DNA from: Candidatus Zixiibacteriota bacterium
GTDB lineage: Bacteria; Zixibacteria; MSB-5A5; GN15; FEB-12
Direction: 5' to 3'
Assembly (NCBI GenBank): GCA_041742355.1
Contig: JBGSIV010000043.1
Location: 1 to 15,279, forward strand
Length of the DNA: 15,279 nt
Shown here: in pieces, positions 1 through 15,024 of the stretch
Position numbering within the stretch: the first letter of the stretch is position 1
How the letters are laid out: each line of letters starts with the position of its first letter
Made by a program: the position numbers and the translations under genes
Notes under the pieces: model-generated
Databases searched by the model: none
Seen by the model: only the letters and a program-made list of their open reading frames with translations
Told to the model about the DNA's origin: nothing

Positions 1-272
1 TCAAGGCCGAGGTGTACGTTCTGAGCAAGGAAGAGGGTGGCCGCCACACGCCGTTTTTCACGGGGTACCGGCCGCAGTTTTACTTCCGGACGACGGACGT
101 GACGGGCATCGCGACGTTGCCTGACGGGATCGAGATGGTCATGCCGGGGGACAACGTGGCCATGACGGTGGAGTTGATCACGCCGATCGCGATGGAGAAG
201 GAACTGCGCTTTGCGATTCGCGAAGGGGGCCGCACCGTCGGTGCCGGCGTCGTCGCCGAAATCATCCAGTAG
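1..272 (+). CDS. tuf: Elongation factor Tu, C-terminal fragment (5'-truncated by window edge)
   Basis: The frame from base 3 reads [35 protein letters not shown]...MVMPGDN...[16 protein letters not shown], which is EF-Tu domain 3. Stop TAG at 270-272. Confidence 0.99.
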   Translation, partial: KAEVYVLSKEEGGRHTPFFTGYRPQFYFRTTDVTGIATLPDGIEMVMPGDNVAMTVELITPIAMEKELRFAIREGGRTVGAGVVAEIIQ

Positions 273-294
273 TCCATAGAGAGAGTAAACAAGA

Positions 295-447
295 ATGCCG
301 AGAGATCAGATTACATTAGCGTGCGAGGAGTGCAAGCGCCGCAATTACACGACGAAGAAGAACAAGCGGTTGCACCCCGAGCGGGTGGAGCACCGCAAGT
401 TCTGTGCGTGGTGCAATAAGCACACGCCGCACAAAGAGACACGGTAA
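295..447 (+). CDS. rpmG: 50S ribosomal protein L33 (zinc-ribbon, C+ type), 50 aa; absent from the supplied ORF track
   Basis: Hand translation from ATG 295 to TAA 445-447: [50 protein letters not shown]. It has CxxC...RNY.T.KN...KFCxxC..HT.H.E motifs and sits in the usual tuf-rpmG-tRNA-Trp-secE position. Confidence 0.97.
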   Translation: MPRDQITLACEECKRRNYTTKKNKRLHPERVEHRKFCAWCNKHTPHKETR

Positions 448-460
448 CAGCCGGTTTTCT

Positions 461-533
461 AGGCCAGTAGCTCAATTGGTAGAGTTCCGGTCTCCAAAAC
501 CGGCGGTTGGGGGTTCGAGTCCCTCCTGGCCTG
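461..533 (+). tRNA. trnW: tRNA-Trp (anticodon CCA), 3' CCA not encoded
   Basis: Acceptor stem AGGCCAG/CTGGCCT with discriminator G533; D arm GCTC-AATTGGTA-GAGT; anticodon arm CCGGT-CTCCAAA-ACCGG (CCA at 494-496); T arm GGGGG-TTCGAGT-CCCTC. Typical position upstream of secE. Confidence 0.97.
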
Positions 534-554
534 CACTTTTATAAGGTGGCTGCA

Positions 555-749
555 TTGGAAAAATTCAGCAAGTTTCTCAAAGAGGTCAACGCCGAGTTGC
601 GCAAGGTGACCTGGCCGACCAAGGATGAGCTCATCGGTTCGACGATCGTGGTGATGGTTGTGTCGGTGGTGCTCGCGGTGTTCATCGGTGTTGTCGACCG
701 GGTGCTCAGCTTTGTGGTCCAGGCGATCTTTGGCGGGCCGGGAGCGTAA
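555..749 (+). CDS. secE: Preprotein translocase subunit SecE (short single-TM form, 64 aa)
   Basis: [20 protein letters not shown] motif followed by one hydrophobic helix. The ORF-track start at 507 lies inside the tRNA; the likely start is TTG at 555, preceded by AAGGTGG (543-549). Confidence 0.95.
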   Translation: MEKFSKFLKEVNAELRKVTWPTKDELIGSTIVVMVVSVVLAVFIGVVDRVLSFVVQAIFGGPGA

Positions 750-756
750 GGGAAAT

Positions 757-1293
757 ATGGGCATGGCGTGGTACGTTGTACACACCTACTCCGGTCATGA
801 AGCGAAGGCCAAGCGGTATCTCGAATCGGCCATCGCCAATGCCGGACTGGAGTCGAAATTCGGGGATATTCTCGTGCCGACCGAAGAGGTCACCGAGATG
901 CGGCAGGGGAAGCGGTCGACCTCGACCCGGAAATTTCTCCCCAGCTATATCCTCGTGCAGATGGACCTGGACAAGGTGACCCAGGAACTGGTGGTGGCCA
1001 CGCCGGGCATTACCAATTTCGTCGGGAGCGGCGGCAAGCCGCGTCCGTTGCGGGAGAAAGAGGTCGAGCGTATTGTCGGCCAGATCAACCGCAGCCGGAC
1101 CGAAGAAGCGGCCGAGATTCCGTTCCAGGCCGGCGACCCGGTGAAAGTGAACGACGGTCCGTTCGCCGACTTTTCGGGGACGGTCAGCGAGGTCAACCTG
1201 GAGCGCCGCAAGGTGAAGGTGATGGTATCGATTTTCGGCCGACCGACCCCGGTCGAGCTGGACTTTCTCCAGGTTGAAGTGGTGAAGAAGTAA
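757..1293 (+). CDS. nusG: Transcription termination/antitermination factor NusG
   Basis: [14 protein letters not shown] start; KOW domain [19 protein letters not shown]-terminal [14 protein letters not shown]. Start is ATG 757 or ATG 763 (the ORF-track start at 658 overlaps secE). Confidence 0.98.
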   Translation: MGMAWYVVHTYSGHEAKAKRYLESAIANAGLESKFGDILVPTEEVTEMRQGKRSTSTRKFLPSYILVQMDLDKVTQELVVATPGITNFVGSGGKPRPLREKEVERIVGQINRSRTEEAAEIPFQAGDPVKVNDGPFADFSGTVSEVNLERRKVKVMVSIFGRPTPVELDFLQVEVVKK

Positions 1294-1326
1294 CGAAGAT
1301 TCTGATAGATCGGAGCAGTAGCGACC

Positions 1327-1752
1327 GTGGCAAAGAAAGTAATCGGAGAAATCAAGCTCCAGATCCCGGCCGGCCAGGCCAATCCGGCGCCGCCGGTTGG
1401 GCCCGCTCTGGGTCAGCGCGGGGTGAACATCATGGAGTTCTGCAAGGCGTTCAACGCCCGCACGCAGGACGGGAAAGGCATCCTGACGCCGGTGATTATC
1501 ACGGTGTACAGCGACAAGTCGTTTTCGTTCATCACGAAGACGCCGCCGGCCTCGACCCTGCTGCGCATGGCGGCCAAGCTGCCGAAGGGTTCGGCTGTTC
1601 CGAACCGGGACAAGGTCGGGAGCGTGACGCTGGAGCAGGTGAAGCAGATTGCCGAGCAGAAGATGGCCGATCTGAACGCCGCTTCGGTGGAGGCCGCGAT
1701 GAAGATGGTCGCCGGCACGGCCCGTTCCATGGGTATTGACATCAAGCAGTAG
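1327..1752 (+). CDS. rplK: 50S ribosomal protein L11
   Basis: [37 protein letters not shown]...GTARSMG; GTG start. Confidence 0.99.
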   Translation: MAKKVIGEIKLQIPAGQANPAPPVGPALGQRGVNIMEFCKAFNARTQDGKGILTPVIITVYSDKSFSFITKTPPASTLLRMAAKLPKGSAVPNRDKVGSVTLEQVKQIAEQKMADLNAASVEAAMKMVAGTARSMGIDIKQ

Positions 1753-1824
1753 AGACGTCGTCTCTGCTGATATTCGTTAACACCTGTTGCGTCCCCTGAG
1801 GCGCATTCGGGGAGAATAGGATAC

Positions 1825-2529
1825 ATGAAACGTTCCAAGAAGTATGCAGTAGCCCGCGAGAAAGTCGACCGCAACCGCCGCTACAACCTCGATGAGGCGA
1901 TTTCGATCATGAAGGGCAATGCCTTCGCGAAATTCGACGAGTCGGTGGAGGTGGCGATCCGGTTGGGAGTAAACCCCAAACATGCCGATCAGATGGTCCG
2001 TGGCACGGTGGCGCTGCCGCACGGCACGGGCAAGAAGATTCGCATAGCGGTGTTTGCGGCCGGCGAGAAAGCGGAAGAGGCCCGGGCGGCCGGAGCCGAC
2101 ATCGTCGGCGCCGAAGATCTCGCCGAAAAGGTCAAAGGCGGCTTCATGGATTTCGATGTGGCCGTGGCCACACCGGACATGATGCGCGTCCTGGGGCCGC
2201 TGGGCAAAGTGCTCGGTCCGCGCGGTTTGATGCCCAACCCGAAAACCGGGACCGTGACGATGGACCTCGGGCGGGCAGTCAAGGAGCTGAAAGCCGGTCG
2301 AATTGAGTTCCGCGTCGATCGCCAGGCCAACGTGGCCGTGTCGGTCGGCAAGGTGTCATTCGATCCCGGTCAAATCAAGGAGAACGTGGAGACATTCCTC
2401 GGGGCCGTGATGCGGGCGAAGCCGGCATCGGCCAAGGGGACGTATCTCCTCAGCTGTTCTCTCTGTTCGACCATGGGCCCCGGAATCAAGCTCGATCACA
2501 GCACGCTCATAGCGGACCTCAAGAAGTGA
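1825..2529 (+). CDS. rplA: 50S ribosomal protein L1
   Basis: [44 protein letters not shown] and STMGPG motifs. Confidence 0.99.
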   Translation: MKRSKKYAVAREKVDRNRRYNLDEAISIMKGNAFAKFDESVEVAIRLGVNPKHADQMVRGTVALPHGTGKKIRIAVFAAGEKAEEARAAGADIVGAEDLAEKVKGGFMDFDVAVATPDMMRVLGPLGKVLGPRGLMPNPKTGTVTMDLGRAVKELKAGRIEFRVDRQANVAVSVGKVSFDPGQIKENVETFLGAVMRAKPASAKGTYLLSCSLCSTMGPGIKLDHSTLIADLKK

Positions 2530-2548
2530 CGGGAAAGGAGTAGATTTC

Positions 2549-3073
2549 ATGCCGAAACCGGAGAAAATCACCGCCGTCGCGGAGATGAAAAAGCTGTTCG
2601 ACGAGGCGGATTCCTTTTTCGTGACGGATTACCAGGGGCTGAACGTGGCCACTGTGACGACGCTGCGGCGCAACCTGCGCAAGCAGAATGTGAAGTTCGT
2701 CGTGGCCAAGAACACGCTTCTGAAACTCGCTGCACACCAGGCCGGAGTCGAGGGTATCGACCCGTTCCTGAACGGCCCGACTGCGATCGCCTTCTGCGAA
2801 GACGATCCGGTGGCGACCGCCAAGGTGCTGCACGACATGTTCAAGGAAAAGGAGCTGCCGCGGACGAAGGTGTTCGTGGTGGCGGACAAAGTGTATGCGG
2901 CGGAGAACCTCAAGGCGTTTTCCGAGTTGCCGTCGCGCGAGCAGTTGCTATCGCAGGTCGCGGCCGCCGTCGAGGCTCCGCTGGTCGAGTTGGTCGGTTC
3001 AATCGACGGATTCTTCCGCAAGCTGGTCGGGTCGGTCGATGCGCTGGCGGACAAGCGGAAGACAGACGGCTAG
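2549..3073 (+). CDS. rplJ: 50S ribosomal protein L10
   Basis: DYQGLNV...LR..LR...VAKNTL...GPTAIAF...LPSREQL motifs; SD AAGGAG 8 nt upstream of the ATG. Confidence 0.97.
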   Translation: MPKPEKITAVAEMKKLFDEADSFFVTDYQGLNVATVTTLRRNLRKQNVKFVVAKNTLLKLAAHQAGVEGIDPFLNGPTAIAFCEDDPVATAKVLHDMFKEKELPRTKVFVVADKVYAAENLKAFSELPSREQLLSQVAAAVEAPLVELVGSIDGFFRKLVGSVDALADKRKTDG

Positions 3074-3161
3074 GTGACGGCGGCAGGTTGCAGTCGCCCG
3101 CACCGCATCAATATAGAGATTAGAACGAGTAACTTTAAATCAAACGTAAGAGGTACTTACC

Positions 3162-3548
3162 GTGGCGAACCCCGCAATTGACGAAATCGTCGACAAGATT
3201 GCCGTCCTGACGGCAATGGACCTGGCTGACCTGTCGAAGGCCATCCAGGAGAAGTTTGGCGTTACCGCGGCGGCTCCGATGGCCATGATGCCGGGCATGA
3301 TGGCCGGCGGCGGCGCGGCTGCTGTGGAAGAAGAGCAGACGGAATTCGATGTCGTGCTGACGACGGCCGGGGACAAGAAAATCCAGGTCATCAAGGTCGT
3401 CCGCGAGCTCACCAGCCTCGGCCTGAAGGAAGCCAAAGACCTCGTCGAGAGCGCTCCGGCCAAGGTGAAAGAGGGCCTGTCCAAGGACGAGGCCATGAAG
3501 GCCAAAGCCAAGCTCGAAGAAGTCGGCGCCCAGGTCGATATCAAGTAA
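3162..3548 (+). CDS. rplL: 50S ribosomal protein L7/L12
   Basis: EKFGVTAAA hinge, [10 protein letters not shown] and [27 protein letters not shown] start after AAGAGGT (3148-3154). Confidence 0.99.
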   Translation: MANPAIDEIVDKIAVLTAMDLADLSKAIQEKFGVTAAAPMAMMPGMMAGGGAAAVEEEQTEFDVVLTTAGDKKIQVIKVVRELTSLGLKEAKDLVESAPAKVKEGLSKDEAMKAKAKLEEVGAQVDIK

Positions 3549-3564
3549 CTGCATTTTTTTGACA

Positions 3565-3594
3565 CCCGCCGGGAACAATCCGTTTCCCGGCGGG
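3565..3594 (+). promoter_or_regulatory. Strong GC-rich stem-loop downstream of rplL (pause site, 3' stabiliser or weak terminator)
   Basis: Perfect 11 bp inverted repeat CCCGCCGGGAA (3565-3575) / TTCCCGGCGGG (3584-3594) with an 8 nt loop. No downstream U tract. Confidence 0.6.
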
Positions 3595-3757
3595 GTATGA
3601 GTCCTTACAGTCAGTTTTGAGGTAAATCGTTCCCATACTTTCAATTTGTTGGCTGGTGAATTGACTGCAGACTAAGCTCCCGGAACCAAAAGGGCGGGAG
3701 ATAAGTAAAATAGATGACAGGATCACCGCAACCCCACAATTGAATCATGCGAGATGG

Positions 3758-3804
3758 ACCCCGCAAAGGCCATGGTGTGCCTTTTGCGCGGGTTTTCGTC
3801 GTTT
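3758..3804 (+). terminator. Putative intrinsic terminator/attenuator immediately upstream of rpoB
   Basis: ACCC-CGCAAAGGC (3758-3770) / GCCTTTTGCG-CGGGT (3779-3793), an imperfect stem followed by TTTCGTCGTTT and ending just before the rpoB SD AGGAGG (3811-3816). Confidence 0.5.
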
Positions 3805-3824
3805 GCCCATAGGAGGGTAGTGGT

Positions 3825-7601
<3,777 letters not shown>

Positions 7602-7668
7602 GCCCGGAGTAGAGAAGTTAGGAAGACCGTTCGACAGTACGTCGAACCGACCAATACAGGAGTTTGCC

Positions 7669-11786
<4,118 letters not shown>

Positions 11787-11790
<4 letters not shown>

Positions 11791-11814
11791 CAGGGAATCG
11801 GAAAGTGTTAGATT
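11787..11814 (+). promoter_or_regulatory. Putative sigma70 promoter of the rpsL-rpsG-fusA-tuf (str) operon
   Basis: TTGACA (11787-11792), a 16 nt spacer, then TAGATT (11809-11814) with an extended -10 TG at 11806-11807. An AT-rich tract lies directly upstream, and the rpsL start is ~47 nt downstream. Confidence 0.7.
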
Positions 11815-11861
11815 AGCGGTCTATGTCGAATTTCTGAGCTATTGCTATAGTAGGAGAGAAT

Positions 11862-12236
11862 TTGCCGACCATCAACCAGTTAGTTCGCAAGGGGCGCAAG
11901 CGGGTAATCGAAAAGACGAAAACCCCCGCTCTGAATTCATGTCCGCAGAAACGCGGCGTGTGCACCCGCGTGTACACCTCGACTCCCAAGAAGCCGAACT
12001 CGGCGCTCCGCAAGGTTGCCCGCGTCCGGCTGACCAACCAGATCGAGGTCACGGCGTACATTCCTGGTGAGGGCCACAATCTTCAGGAGCACTCCATAGT
12101 GATGATTCGCGGCGGTCGTGTCAAGGACCTGCCGGGCGTGCGGTACCACATCATTCGCGGGACCATGGACACGGCCGGAGTCGCCGACCGTCGCAAGGGT
12201 CGCTCGAAGTACGGGGCGAAGAAACCGAAACAGTAG
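11862..12236 (+). CDS. rpsL: 30S ribosomal protein S12
   Basis: [29 protein letters not shown] and [16 protein letters not shown] start after AGGAG (11852-11856). Confidence 0.99.
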   Translation: MPTINQLVRKGRKRVIEKTKTPALNSCPQKRGVCTRVYTSTPKKPNSALRKVARVRLTNQIEVTAYIPGEGHNLQEHSIVMIRGGRVKDLPGVRYHIIRGTMDTAGVADRRKGRSKYGAKKPKQ

Positions 12237-12250
12237 GATTCGACCAGATT

Positions 12251-12721
12251 ATGTCGAGACGTACCAGTAGCGAAAAGAGACAAGTCGTTCCCGATTTTAA
12301 ATACGGCGAGAGGATGATCACGCAGTTTGTCTCCTGCCTGATGAAAGACGGCAAGCGGTCGACGGCGCAGCGTTGTTTCTACAATGCGCTGAACCACGTC
12401 GAGAAGAAATCAGGCGAGAGCGGATTGGAGATCTTCCGGAAGGCGCTCAACAACGTCAAGCCCGTGCTCGAGGTTCGCTCGCGGCGCGTTGGCGGTGCGA
12501 CCTACCAGGTGCCGGTGGAAGTCCGGCCGGATCGCCGTACGGCGCTTGCGATCCGTTGGCTCATCTCGTACTCTCGTTCGCGCGGCGGCAACACCATGGC
12601 GGAGAAACTGGCCGCCGAGTTCATGGCGGCCGCAAACAACGAGGGAGCCTCCATCAAGAAGAAGGAGGATACGCACAAGATGGCCGAGGCCAACAAGGCC
12701 TTCGCACACTTCCGGTGGTAG
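12251..12721 (+). CDS. rpsG: 30S ribosomal protein S7
   Basis: [18 protein letters not shown] and [21 protein letters not shown]. Confidence 0.99.
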   Translation: MSRRTSSEKRQVVPDFKYGERMITQFVSCLMKDGKRSTAQRCFYNALNHVEKKSGESGLEIFRKALNNVKPVLEVRSRRVGGATYQVPVEVRPDRRTALAIRWLISYSRSRGGNTMAEKLAAEFMAAANNEGASIKKKEDTHKMAEANKAFAHFRW

Positions 12722-12868
12722 CCACCGCCGGTCTGACTTGAACCAGGCCACTGCTGGGCCTGCAAGAAGGGAACGCGTATTTTGGCTAAAGCGGCAAAGC
12801 GGCGGTATTGACGTTGGCTTAAACATAGCCTCCGCCCCGGCCGGTTTTTTCCGGACGAGGGTAAACCG

Positions 12869-12916
12869 CCCTGATAAACGAAACAAGAAGACGGTAGTGA
12901 ATCAGGGATTTTTTTT
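12869..12916 (+). terminator. Putative terminator/attenuator just upstream of fusA
   Basis: CCCTGAT (12869-12875) / ATCAGGG (12901-12907), then A and a T8 run (12909-12916). The 25 nt loop is unusually long. Confidence 0.45.
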
Positions 12917-12936
12917 GTCTATATAGTGTGATCGCA

Positions 12937-15006
12937 ATGAACCTGGAAAAAGTTAGAAATATCGGCATCATGGCCCACATCGACGCGGGCAAAACCACGA
13001 CCACGGAGCGTATTCTGTTCTACACGGGCAAAACGCACCGCATGGGCGAGGTCCACGAAGGTGGCGCCACGATGGACTTCATGGAACAGGAGAAGGAGCG
13101 GGGCATCACCATTATGTCCGCGGCCACCACCTGCCTGTGGGACGATCACATTATCAATATCATAGATACTCCCGGCCATGTCGACTTCACCGTCGAGGTT
13201 GAGCGCTCCCTTCGGGTCCTTGATGGCGCGTTGGCGCTGTTCTGCGCGGTCGGCGGTGTCGAACCCCAGTCCGAGACGGTCTGGCGGCAGGCCGACAAGT
13301 ACCGCGTGCCGCGCCTGGCCTATATCAACAAGATGGATCGCACCGGCGCCAATTTCGCCCGGACGCTCGGCATGATGAACGAGCGGTTCGCGACCAAATG
13401 TGTCCCGATTACTGTGCCGGCCGGCGAAGGTCCCATGTTCTCGGGGATCGTCGACCTTATGACCATGACATTCCGCGTGTTCCACGAGGACTCCCTCGGC
13501 ACGACGTTCGACGATCTTGCGGTTCCCGATGATATGCTCCCGATGGTCAACGAATATCGCGAGAAGCTGCTGGAGGCGGTGGCCGACTACGACGACCACC
13601 TCCTCGAGCAGTTCCTCCACGACGAACCCCTTGATCCCAAGCAGGTTATGGCTGCGGTCCGCCGCGCCACGATCGAGAACCACATGGTTCCTGTGCTCTG
13701 CGGGTCGTCGTTTAAGAACAAGGGTATTCAGCGGCTGCTCGACGCTATTATCGAGTTCCTCCCGTCGCCGTTGGACATGCCTCCGGTTACCGGACACGAT
13801 GTTGACCATTCCGACAAGCTTATCACACGCAAGCCCACCAAGGATGATCCGACATCGGCGCTTGCGTTCAAGGTGGTCACCGACCCGTATGTCGGGCGCC
13901 TGACCTATTTGCGCGTATACTCCGGCGTCGTCAAAGCCGGGTCCTACCTGCTCAATCCGTCGGCCGGCATCAAGGAGCGCATTGCGCGTATCCTTCGGAT
14001 GCACGCCAATAAGCGGGAAGACATTCAGGAAGCCGAAGCCGGCGATATCGTCGCCGTCATCGGCATGCGCAAGACGACCACCGGCGACACGCTGTGCGAT
14101 CTGAAGCATCCGATCCTGCTGGAGCGGATGTCCTTCCCCGAGCCGGTGGTGGCTGTCTCGATCGAGCCGAAAACGCAGGCCGATCAGGACAAGCTCACCG
14201 ACGCGTTGATCAAGCTGGCCGAAGAGGATCCGACGTTCCGGGTGAAGCAGGATGAAGATACCGCCCAGACGATTATATCCGGCATGGGCGAGCTGCACCT
14301 GGAGATCCTCGTGGACCGCCTCATGCGCGAGTTCGGTGTGAGCGCGTCAGTTGGCCGCCCGTCGGTCGCTTACAAAGAGACGGTTACCCGCGAAGTCGAA
14401 GCCGAAGGGCGCTTCGTCCGGCAGAGCGGCGGCAAGGGCCAGTTCGGCCACGTCTGGCTGCGCATCCGGCCGACAACCGATGGTGTGGCGTTCAAATTCG
14501 AGAACAAGCTCGTCGGCGGCACCGTCCCCCGGGAGTATATTCCGTCGGTTGAGCGCGGCGTGCGCGAGGCCATGGAGAACGGCATCCTCGCCGGCTACCC
14601 AATGGTCGGCATTCACTGTGAAATTTTCGACGGCAGCTACCACGAAGTCGACTCCAATGAAATGGCCTTCCGGGTCGCCGGTTCGATCGGGTTCCAGGCC
14701 GGGGCCAAGAAGGCCAACCCGGTTCTGCTCGAGCCGATCATGGATGTCGAGGTGGTCGTGCCCGAAGTCTATATGGGCGCCGTCGTCGGCGATCTCAATT
14801 CCCGCCGTGGCAAGATCAACGGCATGGTTCCGCGCGATGACGCCACTGTGATCGCGGTCAGCGTCCCCCTCTCCGAGATGTTCGGTTACGCGAACACGCT
14901 GCGCAACATCTCCCAGGGACGGGCGGTGTTCACCATGCAGTTCGCCCGGTATCAGCCGGTGCCCGCGGAAGTATCCAAGAAAATGTTGGAAAAAGTTAAG
15001 CTATAG
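12937..15006 (+). CDS. fusA: Elongation factor G
   Basis: [54 protein letters not shown] and GSYHEVDS. Start is ATG 12937 ([10 protein letters not shown]) or GTG 12928; no clear SD. Confidence 0.99.
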   Translation: MNLEKVRNIGIMAHIDAGKTTTTERILFYTGKTHRMGEVHEGGATMDFMEQEKERGITIMSAATTCLWDDHIINIIDTPGHVDFTVEVERSLRVLDGALALFCAVGGVEPQSETVWRQADKYRVPRLAYINKMDRTGANFARTLGMMNERFATKCVPITVPAGEGPMFSGIVDLMTMTFRVFHEDSLGTTFDDLAVPDDMLPMVNEYREKLLEAVADYDDHLLEQFLHDEPLDPKQVMAAVRRATIENHMVPVLCGSSFKNKGIQRLLDAIIEFLPSPLDMPPVTGHDVDHSDKLITRKPTKDDPTSALAFKVVTDPYVGRLTYLRVYSGVVKAGSYLLNPSAGIKERIARILRMHANKREDIQEAEAGDIVAVIGMRKTTTGDTLCDLKHPILLERMSFPEPVVAVSIEPKTQADQDKLTDALIKLAEEDPTFRVKQDEDTAQTIISGMGELHLEILVDRLMREFGVSASVGRPSVAYKETVTREVEAEGRFVRQSGGKGQFGHVWLRIRPTTDGVAFKFENKLVGGTVPREYIPSVERGVREAMENGILAGYPMVGIHCEIFDGSYHEVDSNEMAFRVAGSIGFQAGAKKANPVLLEPIMDVEVVVPEVYMGAVVGDLNSRRGKINGMVPRDDATVIAVSVPLSEMFGYANTLRNISQGRAVFTMQFARYQPVPAEVSKKMLEKVKL

Positions 15007-15024
15007 TGGAGGCAAGCCGGAGTT

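Noticed and set aside
448..554. Integrated element at tRNA-Trp
   Set aside because: secE follows the tRNA immediately, with no integrase or duplicated tRNA 3' end in the window.
1311..1327. CGG-A-GC-AGTA-GC-GA-CCG as the L1 operator upstream of rplK
   Set aside because: Only 5 bp in total, and it lacks the larger asymmetric loop of known L1 sites. Too weak to call.
3554..3594. T7 run plus hairpin as a canonical intrinsic terminator
   Set aside because: The T run precedes the hairpin on the + strand, so it supplies a U tail on neither strand. Kept only as a hairpin.
3661..3711. TTGACT and TAAAAT as an rpoB promoter
   Set aside because: The two hexamers are 39 nt apart, and neither has a properly spaced partner.
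11862..12236. Possible streptomycin-resistance substitutions in rpsL
   Set aside because: Both key lysines (PKKPNS and RVKDLP) are wild type.
12788..12803. Tandem repeat AAAGCGGC x2
   Set aside because: Only two adjacent 8 bp units with no spacers. Not a CRISPR array and too short to call an operator.
12808..12836. TTGACG as the -35 of an internal fusA promoter
   Set aside because: No -10-like hexamer 16-18 nt downstream (the sequence there is GC-rich TCCGCC).
12919..14298. 459 aa antisense ORF over fusA
   Set aside because: Shadow ORF with no independent coding signal.
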